Assembly (NCBI GenBank): GCA_038087875.1
Contig: CM075988.1
Span: 17,424,001-17,488,000, forward strand
Source: Malacoraja senta
Taxonomy: Eukaryota
Reading direction: 5' to 3'
Length of the DNA: 64,000 bases
The notes beneath the pieces are model-generated. The model did not search any database and was not told the origin of the DNA. It saw nothing but the letters and a program-made list of their open reading frames with translations. The translations under genes were made by a program, and so were the position numbers. Shown piece by piece: positions 38,707 through 51,285 of the stretch (the stretch's first letter is position 1; every line of letters begins with the position of its first letter).

Positions 38707-40051
38707 ATTTATAATTTCAATCAATTATTTTTATTTATACTTTTCAATACATTCAATTAATTATATAAAAGTGAGGATAGAATATAATTTAAAATGACAT
38801 CCACCATTAGTCCAATAATCCTTCAGGGAATACCATTTAAAAGTATTTGGCGAGTACCTTCAATAATATTGTCAGCATGATATTGAATGCCTTGCTGAAG
38901 CCCAAATAGAAAACATTGACGTCTTTCCGTCATCAACCTTTTTGGTTACTTCTTCAAATGACACAAATTCATAAGACACGATCTCCCACATATTAAACCA
39001 TGTTGACTATCCCTAACCAGCCCCTGTCTATCCAAATACAGATAATATCTTTCCCTTCAGAATCCTCTCTCCAGTAACCTGCCTACCACAGATGTTAGGC
39101 TCTCTGGTCTATAGTTCCCAGGCTTTTCTGTAAACTCTCCAGGGATTTGGCCCATCCTAATTCTGTATCCTGGTGTTCCAGCCTTCGGTTTTGCTCCTGT
39201 TGAGTTCCATTGTTTTTCCCTTGCGATCATTCATCTCAGGCTAAGTGTGCAACTGAGGCAAGGAGGGATTTTGATATATGGAGTATTGTAAATTTTTGGC
39301 ATTCTTTACCTCAGAGGGCTGTGAAGGCTCAGGCATTGAGCATTGTTATGCAGGACAGAGAGATTTTAGAGATGTTCAAAAATCTCTCTGTCCTCCATAA
39401 CAATTCTCAATGCCCGAGTCTTCACAGCTCTCTGAGGTAAAGAGAAGTTAGAGGGTATGAGAAGCAATTGGGCAACTGGATGAGGCTGAGATCAGACATG
39501 TTATGGAATGCTGGTGCAGGCTTGAAGGGTGGCATTTCTTATTTTTAATTTTGTTCCTATATTATACTGAGCATTAAATGATTTCTTATTGTCGCCCTTC
39601 TCTCCAAACCTAAACTGATAGATCTTGATAAAAAAAATGCCCAAGAATTCCTTGATGCTTGTATCAAGCATCTGAATTTGTGTTATTGCTATTGGTTTAT
39701 TATTGTCATGTGTACAAAAAAACTCTTTTTTGTATGCTATACACAAAAATCTGCAAATACGAAACATTATTCACGTTATTCCCTTTACCATGTGTCTGTA
39801 CACTGTGAATGGCTCGATTATAATCATGTACTGTCTTTCTGCTGACTGGTTAGCACACAATAGCTTTTCACTGTACCTCGGTACACGTGACAATGAACCA
39901 AACTCAAACAATTCATAGCGTATGAAGTATAACATGCGTTAGCAAAATATGACAGAAGGTAAGAACCAGCGATGAAACAATTTGTAAATGTCTGAATTTC
40001 AAAACATTATAATATCCAGGGTTTTATGCACAAGTAATTCAACATAAAGTA

Positions 40052-40348
40052 TGGCACGATGGTGCAACAGTTGGGTTGCTGCCTGACAGCGACAGAGACC
40101 CAGGGTCGATCCCAACCACGGGTGCCGTCTGTGTGGAATTTGTACGTTCTTCCCTTGATCGCATGGGTTTTCTCCAGGATCATTGGTTTACTCCCACACT
40201 CCAAAGACGTACAGGTTTGCAGGTTAATTGGCTTGGTATAAATATAAATTGTCCTTAGTGTGTACAAGATAGTGTTAATGTGCGGGGATTGCTGGTTGGT
40301 GTTGACTCAGTGGGCCAAAGGGCTGTGTTTCTATGCTGTGTCTCTAAA
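40052..40348 (+). mobile_element. HE1-like SINE
   Basis: Family consensus. Confidence 0.85.
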
Positions 40349-40599
40349 CAACAAAGGAGGCGGCAGAAGGTGGTGGACATTTCCCAGTCAATTATAGGAA
40401 CTGGCTTTCCCACCATCAAAGGGATTTACAGGAAGTGCTGCTTCAAGAGCCATCTAATATCATCAAAGACCACACCGCCCTGACCACACTCTCATCTCGT
40501 TGCTACCATCGAGATGGTGGTACAGAAGCCTGCGAACCATACCTCCAGTTTCAAGAGCAGTTTCTTCCCATCAGCAATGAATCAGCCTGTACAGCCCCA

Positions 40600-41172
40600 A
40601 CCGCAATCCTATCTTTGGCATCAATTCCAGCAACATCAACCGACTCCAACTGGTCCAGAATGCAGCCGCCCGACTCATTACCCACACCAAATCCTGGCAC
40701 CACATCACCCCAGTTCTCAAAGAACTCCACTGGCTCCTCATTTCCCACCGGATCATCTACAAAATCCTGGTCCTCACCTACAAAGCCCTCAACCACTTGG
40801 CCCCCCCCTTATCTCACTGACCTCCTCTCCCCCTACCAACCCTCACGGTCCCTCACATCCACATCAGCTGGTCTCCTCTCCACTCCGAAATCAAACCTCT
40901 GCACTTTTGGAGGCAGAGCCTTCTCCAGGGCAGCTCCCAGGCTCTGGAATTCCCTCCCACAACTGATCCAAAATTCTGAGTCCCTCACCATCTTCCAGTC
41001 CCGCCTCAAGACCCATCTCTTCACCTCTGCATACCCTTAGTCCCATGTTCCCCTCCCCTTTGCATCTCTGTCTTACTGCTCTATTTTATTTTGTTTATTC
41101 TTGACTCTCAATGTAAAGCGACTTTGAGTCCTGAAAAGCGCTATATAAATAAAATGTATTATTATTATTATT
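40600..41172 (+). mobile_element. L2-clade LINE 3' fragment, inside a Rex/Babar 3' fragment
   Basis: INRLQLVQNAAARLITHTKSWHHITPVLKELHWL and GGRAFSRAAPRLWNSLP...LKTHLF. Has gtaaagcgactttgag..gaaaagcgctatataaat and an (att)n tail. Confidence 0.88.
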
Positions 41173-41195
41173 ATTTTTACCTCTACACCAAACAA

Positions 41196-41359
41196 TCTCC
41201 ATATCACCGTCTATATCTCTTGTTTCCCTTTCCCCTGAAGGGTCTTGCCCCAAAACGTCACCTATTCCTTTTCTCCAGAGATGCTGTCTGTCCCGTTGAA
41301 TTATTCCAGCATTTTGTGTCTATCTTCGGTTTAAACCAGCATCTGCAGTTCCTCCCCTG
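41196..41359 (+). mobile_element. PLE pLTR insertion with 10-bp TSD
   Basis: caccaaacaa at 41186-41195 and 41360-41369. Confidence 0.78.
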
Positions 41360-43164
41360 CACCAAACAACTATGGACTTTTCTCTATTCTGGTTGCTTTA
41401 AGTAATTTGGTTTTTGCACTATCAAGGTTTAGTTTGCTTAGAATTACAGATAATTTATCATATATTTATTTTTGTTGTTGTCGTTGCATCTAATGTGCAT
41501 GCAAAGCTGCCGCTGGTAAGAATATTGTTGTTCCGTTTCATATGCGAAATGAACACTCTGACTCTGGAGCAGTTTTTACACTGGAGAAGAATACAAATGT
41601 GTGTGGGTCGTTTGGTTTGCGTCGAGTCGAGATCAGGTTCACATTACGAGTTACAATTGCATGAAATTGCTGATCATTTCACTTGGCTTACTGTGAGTGC
41701 AGCAGACACAATGAGGTGCATTTACTGGCAGCCAGCCACAGATTACTCCATAGTGAATTACCTGAAGGCCTCTCAGGCATTCAGAGTATTTGAGTATGCA
41801 CTGAACCAGAATAGACCTGTGTACATCCATATGTACTAATCAGCCAATACCGATTGCTACGTTTTAACCAGCAGGAACAATTTTCTCAACTATTTTCCCA
41901 ATTCTGTGGGAATCAAAGCTTTGTCAAACAAGTCACTAGGCAGGAGATCTATAAAGTCCTCTCGATAAAGTTTGAAGATTGGCCCAGTATCAATAACCAG
42001 GATAAGTCATAGAGTCATACACCGTGGAAACAGGCCCTTCGGCCCAACTTGCCCACGCTGACCAACATGTCCCATCTACACCAGTCCCACCTGCCTGCAT
42101 TTGGCCCATATCCCTCTAAACCTGTCCTATCCATGTACCTGTCTAAATGGTTAAGGAAGATAAGTTCTCCGGTCTTCTCTATGAAGATGAGCCCACTACT
42201 AATAACCAGCATAAGGAAGAGAAGATCTCCTGTACTCTCTATAAAATCTGAAGACTGGCCCAGTACTAATAATCTGCATAATTAAACCTCAGTCTTGGTG
42301 TGAACAAAATCATTAAATATACAGTTGTTATATATATTATTATTATTATTTTTACACATCTTATGGTAATGCATAGCCACAGGAGAGAACACGGACACAG
42401 AAATAATGGGATAATTCCATAGTGATCTACAGAAACATCAGTGGCAACCACCTTGGAGTGGTGGTTACACGTTGAGAAATTAGTACCAGATGACAAAACA
42501 TTTGCGTGTTACTTTTCACACAATAGAAGAAGTTCATCTATCTGGAAATATCCTAAAGTTTCAGCATTGCAATGTATAAATGGTTGCTTCAAAGATTTTA
42601 TCTCCAACAATAATCCTGGATCTATTTCACATGTTGATTATCCCTTGATCATAGAATAATTTCCTGACAATACTTCTGGATAGAGCTAGTAAAGGATTCA
42701 ACTTTGATCCCCTTAAGTTTGCCACATAATAACATTACAGATTCGTTTTTCACCACGTTAATTATCATTCACGGCATGTAAGTTCCCATCTTTGAAACCC
42801 TTTTCACAGTGAAAAGTTTAAGAGAGTCTGGTCTTTCTTCAAACCTGAGAAATTCAGATCAGCCTTTCTTTTTCAATTTTTCACTGGCCCCATGTGGATA
42901 TGGACTTGTCAGAAGCAACGCGTGTTCAGACATAACTTTATCCAAGTTCGATTTTACTGTACCTGTCATCCCCTGATCACTACAACCTCCATCCTATCTA
43001 CACATTTTAATCTTTGTGCTCTTTTCTATTCTCCCTTCTTCCATATTCTTAGCGATTGCTTGCTTCATTATTTCCTTTAGTGGTTCAATGGCAAGTTTGG
43101 TCCAATAATGTTCTGGTAAACTGTTTACCATAATAAAGATGCCATATAATTGCAAGCTCAAAAG

Positions 43165-43440
43165 ATCATAAATTCTAGGAGCAGAATTAGGCCATTCGGC
43201 CCATCAAGTCTACTCCACCATTCAATCATGGCTGATCTATCTTTCCCAGAATTTCACACATTCACCACCCTCTGACTAAAGAAATTCCTCCTCATCTCCT
43301 TTCTAAAGGTACGTCCTTTTATTCTAAGGATATGGCCGCTGATACTAGACTCTCCCATGAGTGGAAACATCCTCTCCACATCCATCATATCCAGGCCTTT
43401 CACTATTCAGGAAGTTTCAATGAGGTTGCCCCTCATCCTT
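43165..43440 (-). mobile_element. CR1 LINE 3' fragment, internally deleted
   Basis: gaattaggccattcggcccatc tail plus CR1 C-terminal sequence. Confidence 0.8.
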
Positions 43441-44875
43441 CTATACCCCAGGGAGCTATACTTAGGAGGTTTGCTATTCCATTAAATTGGATGTTGAGCA
43501 GTTCATTAAGGTACTTGGTCCACTTTTGGCTTCACTCATAGAGATTTCAAAAGCTTTCATGGAGATTGTTTCTTTACCATCAAGAAGCACAAAGGCACTT
43601 AGGGCATCGAGGCATCAATATCTCCAAGTTCTCCTGCCAGTCACACACTTCCCTGATCAAGAAGTATATTCATGGGTCTAAATGTTAGAACTCTACCCAA
43701 TACAATGTAGGAGTAACTTCATCAAAGGACTGCAGCAGCTGAGAAAGATGAGCACAATTAGGGATAGGCAATAAATGCTAGCCTTCTCATGGTCCAGATC
43801 TCAAAAGATAAATGTGAAAAAAAAAGTCTTCCTTCAGGCAGTATCTTACATTGGTCCATATTAAACTTCTTCCTCCTTCTCCAAGTTCCAACCTCCAAAC
43901 TAACATTTTAAACCCAATGCATTCCATGTTTTTTGGATCTCTTCTTCCAAGAAAGCAGTCTTTCCTAGTTTGATGTTTTCTGAAAATCGTACTGAGTTTC
44001 TCAAACCACGTCATGAATGAGAATTAAGAAAAATAAAAGCCTCATTAATTTTCTCTGAAGAGTCATGGAATATTTGCACATTTCAATTTTTTTAACAGTC
44101 TTTCCTTCTTTAAGAAAATGTATGTCCACTCCTAGAAGAAATCAAAATTTCCCAAAGCTTCAAAAATATAACTATTTTCTGCAAAATGTCCCACATTTGG
44201 CCAACACAAAAATAAAGTCAGAACGGATGTTCTCCTTCCAAATATCTGTCTCAAGATATTTTGCACTAATTAATCATCCATTATTAATGATAGATTAAAC
44301 AAAGGATTATGTTGGATCAGACAATAAAGCACCATATCTTTGTTCACTTTGGTTGATTCTAATTGAATCTTGTCACAGGCCAGATATTAAGAAGTAGCCC
44401 TTCAAATGAAGGGCATAGGGGTAATGGAACTCACTCTTCCACAAGGCCAAAAACAATTTTGACTGAATTTCACTGAGCCAGGACACAAAGCTGTGGGATT
44501 AAGACACGCAAATGAAAATATGGTGGAAATGAAAAGGCAGATATTGTTAAGGGTGCATAGACACAAGGAACTGCAAATGCTGGCTTACAACAACAAAAAA
44601 AGACCCAAAGTACTGGAGTAACTAAGCAGGTCAGGCAGTATCTCTGGAAAATATGGATGGGCGATGCTTTGCGTTGGGACCCTTCTGCAGTCCTGACCCA
44701 AAACATTGCCTATGCATGTTCTCCAGAGATGCTGCCTGACCTGCTACATTACTCCAGTACTTTGTGTGTTTTAGTGTTGGGTATGAATAGCTTACTTTTA
44801 TCTTTATGTATCCTGGGAATATATCAAAATCACCATCATTAAAGAAACAAAGCAGCAAAACGAAATGTCCCTAAC

Positions 44876-45104
44876 CTCTTTTCTTCCAACAAGGACCCTC
44901 CCTTATAGAGTAGGAGATATCGTTGAATTCTATGTCCACTGCAGGGCGCTTGGGGAGGTGGGAGAACCGCTGTGCCTCTGTGATATGGTTTTCCACCTTC
45001 TTCAGGTGTGTGGTGAGGAGAGGCGCGTCCTGGGATCCTCCATTGCATACAGTGTCTTCGAGAGCAATTGTCACACAGCTAGCATCAGGTGGCTTTTCAG
45101 CCAT
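44876..45104 (-). CDS. ABCG4: ABCG4 first coding exon (N-terminal 76 aa plus 1 nt, phase-1 donor)
   Basis: Translation MAEKPPDASCVTIALED...[49 protein letters not shown](G) matches the recalled vertebrate ABCG4 N-terminus (MAEK...[47 protein letters not shown]). A polypyrimidine tract plus CAG acceptor puts the exon start at 45113 (9 nt UTR). The donor is AG|GTTAGG with GT at 44875-44874. Confidence 0.93.
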
Positions 45105-46746
45105 AACTCCACGCTGTGGGGGGAAAGAGAGAGAGAAAGGTAAAGTTAGGAAGATGGTTTGTCCTCTGCTCCAACATATTACGGGAACTGAACTGAGTCT
45201 GCCACTTGGTTTTCTCGTGATTTGTTTCTGAGGGTAATGGATATTGATCGATTACAAGCCGACACCCTCCCGCAGCTATCATTACTCTACCTCATCTAGC
45301 CCAGCATCCTATGAATCCATCGCATATTTCTAGCTACATCTTTATCACATCAGTTCCATGATTTTCCACACCAGCGATATCCAAAAGCCTCTTAAATGCC
45401 ACCATCGTATCTGCCTCCACCACTACCCCTGGCACTCATCACTCTTTGTGTAAAATAAAACTTGCCCAGCACATTGTCTTTAAATGTAGAAACAAAGAAC
45501 TGCAGATGCTGATTTATACCAAAGATCGACACAAAGTGCTGGAGCAACCCAGCAGGTCAAGAAGCATCTCTGGAGTAAAAGGATGGGTGACCACACCAGT
45601 GCTGTCTTCCTTACACACCAACAACGGCATTCCCATCACCATCGTTGATGGGGTGGTCCCAACAGTATCTGATCCATTTCTCACATTTCCACTCTCAAAG
45701 GTAGGACTCCCCTTGTCCTCACTATATACTGTTAGCAGATTATTTTTCTGGCACAAGGGAAAAGTGGCAGCATCAACACAGAGAGAGGCACACTTGAGGT
45801 CATATACATTCAATGTTACATCCCTTCGGAGAATAACTCAATGATTTGTGAAGTCCACGAGCCGTGCAAGATTTTCTTTTTTTTGTTGTTATTTGTGAAT
45901 GGGAATTCAGTGAAGTTAATCATAATCATTATCATACTTTATTAGCCAAGTATGTTTTGCAACATAGGAGGAATTTCATTTGCCATACAGTCATAGCAAT
46001 AAAAAGCAACAGAACACACAAAATACATTTTAACATGAACATCCACCACAGTGACTCCTCCGCATTCCTCACTGTGATGGAAGGCAACAAAAAGTTCAAT
46101 CTCTCCCTTCTTTGCACCCAAGTTCACAATCTGTGCATTCTCATCACTATGTTGAGTGCTTAAATTTGTATACGTTTCCTGTGGGTCAGAAGTTCATCGC
46201 ACAAGACAGGTATTTGACCTCACATGTTTTCCTTCTGTTCACAATTTAAAATCTTTTTCCTCGCATTTAATTTCTCTTCTGCAGGCTGATTTTCCATTCC
46301 CACTGATTCTTGGTGTCACCCTCTGAAATCTTCTCATGCAACAAAGTTCACAGCTTTCTTCAGAGAAAACTGCAAGGATCTGCAGCAATCTCTCCCAGCA
46401 CCCACCCCATCATCAGCAGTGGATTTAAAAAGTAGATAAATTGTATATTTGCCACACCATCTGTGTGAAGATGGCTCCTGTCAACTCAGCCTAATCTGCA
46501 GATACCATTAAAAAAAACCTCAAAGCTGCAGTGACAACCAAAATCACCATTGGCCATCTCCGTCAGTGTGGAGGAAATACAATATTTATAAGATATGCCT
46601 TTTGAGAAAATATTCTGTTGAGGCAAACTTCCCCTCGCTCTGTTAAACAAATTATGCTGCAATTTTTGTTTTCCCTGCACAGTCTTAAATATAGGAAGAA
46701 ATGTTTCTTCATGTTGCAGAATTGTCTTTGAATCAATGAACATGTT

Positions 46747-46916
46747 GTCTGAAGAAGGGTCTCGACCCAAAGCATCACCCATTCCTTCACTCCAGAGATG
46801 CTGCCTGTTCTGCTGAGTTACTCCAGCTTTTTGTGTCTATCTTCGGTTGAGTCTGAAGAAGGGTCTCAACCTGAAGTGCTGCCTGTCCTGCTGAGTTACT
46901 CCAGTTTTTTGTGTCC
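46747..46916 (+). mobile_element. Tandem head-to-tail PLE pLTR dimer with two decayed hammerhead cores
   Basis: gtctgaagaagggtctc occurs at 46747 and 46851. Confidence 0.78.
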
Positions 46917-47139
46917 ATTATGTATTATGATCTGGTTCTCTCCTAACCCTCTGGTACTGTTCAGCAGACTCACAAGGTCATGGAATTCGAACTAAAATAT
47001 TACATTATTTTTGGCAAATAATCATAACCGCAATGCATATATGTTAACACATGATGGACATAGAATTGCAAGTCTTCCTTCCCGAGTCACTGGGAAGATG
47101 GAAACCATGCATCAAGGAAAAAGTCATCAGTACTTCATA

Positions 47140-47610
47140 TTGTGAGCAGTTTCAGGCCCCATATCTGATGAAGGATGTGCTGGCATTGAAGAGGGTCCAG
47201 AGTAGTCTAGGCCTGCACTCGCTGGAATTTAGTGGGATGAGGAGAATTTCATTGAAACCTACTGAAAGGCCTAAATAAGAGCGGATGTGGAGAGAATATT
47301 TCCAGTAATGGGAGACACTAGTACCAGAGGACACAGCCTCAGAATAAAAGCACGTACCTTTTAGAATGCAGATGAGGAGGAATTTCTTGAACCAGAGCGT
47401 GATGAATTAGTGGAACTCATTGCCATTGATGGCTATGGAAGCCGTCTTTGGGTATTTTTGAAAAGGATATTGATAGGTTCTTGATTAGTAGAGGCATCAG
47501 AGGTTAGGGGAGAGGGCAGGAGAATGGGGCAAGAGGGAAAAATAGATCAGCCATGATCGAATGGCAGAGCAGGCTCGATGGGCCGAATGGCCTAATTCTG
47601 CTTTATGCCA
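47140..47610 (+). mobile_element. CR1 LINE 3' fragment
   Basis: KDVLALKRVQ...LGLHSLEF and TRGHSLRIK, followed by the CR1 3' UTR. Confidence 0.85.
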
Positions 47611-48731
47611 TAATCATATATATCTTCACAAATTCACCAGAATAAATGTTTGCCATGTTACACACCACACGTTGAGAGCGAACCACCCATAGATCCTTTA
47701 GTTATTTAGTGCACAGAAATACTCAATGAGTGAAAATATGATGTTGGTGAAATTGTTCAACAAAAATACATTCGGAGTTACGGCCCATAACACATCCGGT
47801 GACGGCTTAACTGCCAATGAGTTTAGAACATGTTAGCTATTGCCACAGTGTGATACCCATGTAGTGTGTCCACATGGCAAGTTACTCATCACAGCCATCA
47901 CATCCATCTCACGCCTCATGGGGTTCAACAGAAGCAAATAAACCCTTCAAGCAGCCAGGATGCCTGGCCACGCTCTGAGCTGGGGAGAAAAACACCACGT
48001 AAGAGATGCAAAAGGAATAATGAGCAAAGAAACTAACATTAAAATGTATTATTTGCGTCACGTAACACTCACTACCGTGTGTGTGAAATATTTTGACAGA
48101 TGTGATGAACAGAACTTCAAGCTTTTCTTTCTCAGTCATTGGTTATAGAATACAGACCAAACAAAGGAAATGTTATATTTGCACCACGTAAGTCACCTTG
48201 ATTTTGCCAGACCTTCATGTGTTTTGTAAGAGCTACAGGATGAAAATGTGTCTATTGTCTAATGAGCTGAAAGCATATTAATCATAGAAAATGAGAAATG
48301 AAACAGATGATTAGCATCTCACCACTTATCACACTATTATTGCGATGTTTACATCTCCTAAAAACACAAATACATTATGTTCTTCATGACTGCAAGATTG
48401 TTCTGAAGGATGGAGTTTAACGCAACAAACGGTCAGAAGAATATTTGCCACTTAACAGTATCTGTGAGTAGGTACCATGGTCACATATTAATTGAAGATA
48501 ATGCCACGTGATTTACCACCTTTCAGGACAATGTTCTGGGTTGGTGAATACCCAATAGGGCTTATGAATCAACAGTGTGCTTATTTCTACCATGTAAATA
48601 TAATATTTTTCAATAACTAAAAATCCAAAACTCAAAAGAACAATGCAAATCATGAGATGCATCTTCCAAAAGATGTTTCAAAAATGATTCTACAGGCATA
48701 CTTACATGGCAAACAGAAAGCTTGCATTAAG

Positions 48732-49044
48732 GGTTAGTTTTAGTTTAGAGACAGCGCGGAAACTGGCCTTTCAGCCCACCGAGTCTGAGCCGACCAGAGA
48801 TCGCCCCATGCACAAACACTATCCTACACAAACTGGGGACAATTTACATTAATACCAAGCCAATGAACCTACAAACCTGTGCGTCTTTGGAGTGTGGGAC
48901 GAAACTGGAGATCCAGGAGAAAATCTATGCTGGTCACAGGGGAAACGTACAAACTGCATACGGACAAGCACCCGTAGTCAGAATCAAACCCAGGTCTCTG
49001 GCGTTGTAAGGCAGCAACTCTTCCGCTGCGCCACTGTGCCGCCC
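48732..49044 (-). mobile_element. HE1-like SINE
   Basis: Family consensus in reverse. Confidence 0.88.
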
Positions 49045-49546
49045 ACAACTTGAAGATGTGTTATAATGACCATGAGAGATTAACAGGTGCCAGAAAGAAA
49101 CCAATCAACAGTTAGTACACTTTGCCAGAATGCACAACTGACACTTGGAACCTCGTTGCATTTCCATTTATTGCGATGAAATAAGTAACAAGATTCATAA
49201 GGTCAAAAACCACATGGGCTTTAGGACAAACCTTTTTCTCCAGAACATATCAACCTAATTTTATCCATGATCATCTGCTCCAAGCGCAGCGGTTGAGAGC
49301 CCCCCCCACCACTTCTCCCTATGATGTGCAAGAGTGCTGGCTGCCAATGCACTCACTCCCATATTTCCAGTCAGTGGTCCAGCTGACTTCAAACCATCTG
49401 GCAGATGACGGATACAGCTCAAATGAACAGACCAATTTCTCCACATTCATCTTTTGTCATTTGTACTTTGTCCTAACCTGTGTGCCAATGGGACCGTCTT
49501 TCCTTCATGAATGTTCAGGTAATATTTCAAGTCTGAGTCAATATTG

Positions 49547-49580
49547 AGCCTGAAGAAGGGTCTCGACCCGAAACGTCACC
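49547..49580 (+). ncRNA. Minimal hammerhead ribozyme motif, intact core, in PLE insertion 49531-49646
   Basis: CTGAAGA-A-GGGTCTCGACCC-GAAA-CGTC-ACC. TSD aatatttcaa at 49521-49530 and 49647-49656. Confidence 0.7.
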
Positions 49581-50989
49581 CATTCCTTCTATCCAGAGAT
49601 GCTGCCTGTCCCACGGAGTTACTCCAATATTTTGTATCTATCTTTAAATATTTCAACAAGTTATGGAGTCATAGTCATAGTGATACAGCATGGAAAAAGG
49701 CCCTTCGGCCCACCTCGTCCATGCCAATCTAGATGCCTTATCTAAGTTAGTCCCATTTGCCTGTGTTTGGCCCAAATCCCTCTAAACTTTTCCTATGCCT
49801 GTACCCATCCAAATGTCATTTAAATGCTGTTATAGTACCTGCTTCAACTACTGCCTCTGGTTGACCCTTTTATATACCCGCTACCTCTGAGTGAAAAGGT
49901 TGTCCCTTAGGTTTGTATTAAATCTTGCCGCTTTCTCCTTAAACATTTGTCCTCTTGTTTTGATTCCCATACCTTGGGTAAAAGTCTCTATGCATTTCTT
50001 TGTTCCTCTCTGCAAGTTATGTATTTATTCACGTGAAACTCAAGTCTCTACCTCTGTCCCAAGGCTCCGAGACGGTCTTATCTTTCAGATTTCTCTTCCT
50101 CCTCAGAAACTACAAGTTAAACATTATTCAGTCTTGATCATATTCTGCGATAGCCTCCTTAAAGCTCCAAAAGATACACATCAATCTGTATTTATCCGAA
50201 TGATGAGTATCTTGGAGAGGAATTTCTTCCCCAAAGACCACTAAACGCTTCCCTTTAGGAAGACACTGGGGAGATATAACTAGCAGTTAAAGCAACTGGA
50301 GAATATTTAATCATTTCCTCGTAAAGGAAGCATCCTAAGAATCCCAAAACCCTACTGCAACACTTCAAAGTGCAAACGAACGCTCCTCCCCACTGACGTC
50401 TGATTCAATCTTACAGAGCTAGCTCCAGCCCCTGCTAAAACATGGCGATAGTGAGTCCTTGCTCAACTATTTAACAGAGAACAGCATTTCCGTTCGGGTA
50501 AGTTACTGAGCAAGCTGACACCAGAGATTGTGCATGTAGTATATAGGGGAGTCTAATAGTTGTGGCAAATCAGACAAACTTGAACAAATCCCATGGAGAA
50601 ACTCAGGACAATAGTGAGAATATGGAACTGCTCCCATTTATTGTTCTGAAGGCCAACGGGATGGAACACCTTTAATGGAAAGTTAGATAAATGTATGTGT
50701 TAGGAATGAGGGAATAGTTAGGACATGATAAAGGGATTTTGTGTGGAGTATAAACACGTGATCTGTTTATGGATGATACATTCCAAGGCTTAAACATCTG
50801 TGTATACACATTCATGCAGGCTGACCATTTGGCCCCTCAGGCCACTTCTGCCATTTGATAAGATCATGGCTGACTTAACTCTATAACATTGGCTTTTCAT
50901 TCCCAACCTACTTTCAAACCCTTCCTTCTCAAGCATGTATCTACATTCAACATTCAAAGAGTGCTTCCACCACCATTTCCATTGAGTCC

Positions 50990-51285
50990 CAAAGCAGGGG
51001 AAAGGATTCAAGGATGTGTTTATAAAATTCAACATCCCCACAGATGCCTCTGAATCCCTGGCCCAGTGTTTCATCAAAGTGGAGGAGGAATATTCAGAAT
51101 GGTATTGGAAACTTCCAGTTCATGGATCAGGAGCATCCAGAAGCCTACAAAAAGCGCAGAAGTAAAAAACCTCCTAACAAAACATATACCTACCTGTCCC
51201 AACTGCCCCATATGTCCCACATTAGTCACCTCAGAAAACCCCCACAGTAGGAGCAAGTCACCCCAGTTCTTGAGGGACTGATTAA
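50990..51285 (+). mobile_element. RTE-clade LINE 3' remnant
   Basis: FKDVFIKFNIPTDASESLAQ..SKWRRNIQNG...SHISHLRK resembles the RTE ORF C-terminus. Confidence 0.65.
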
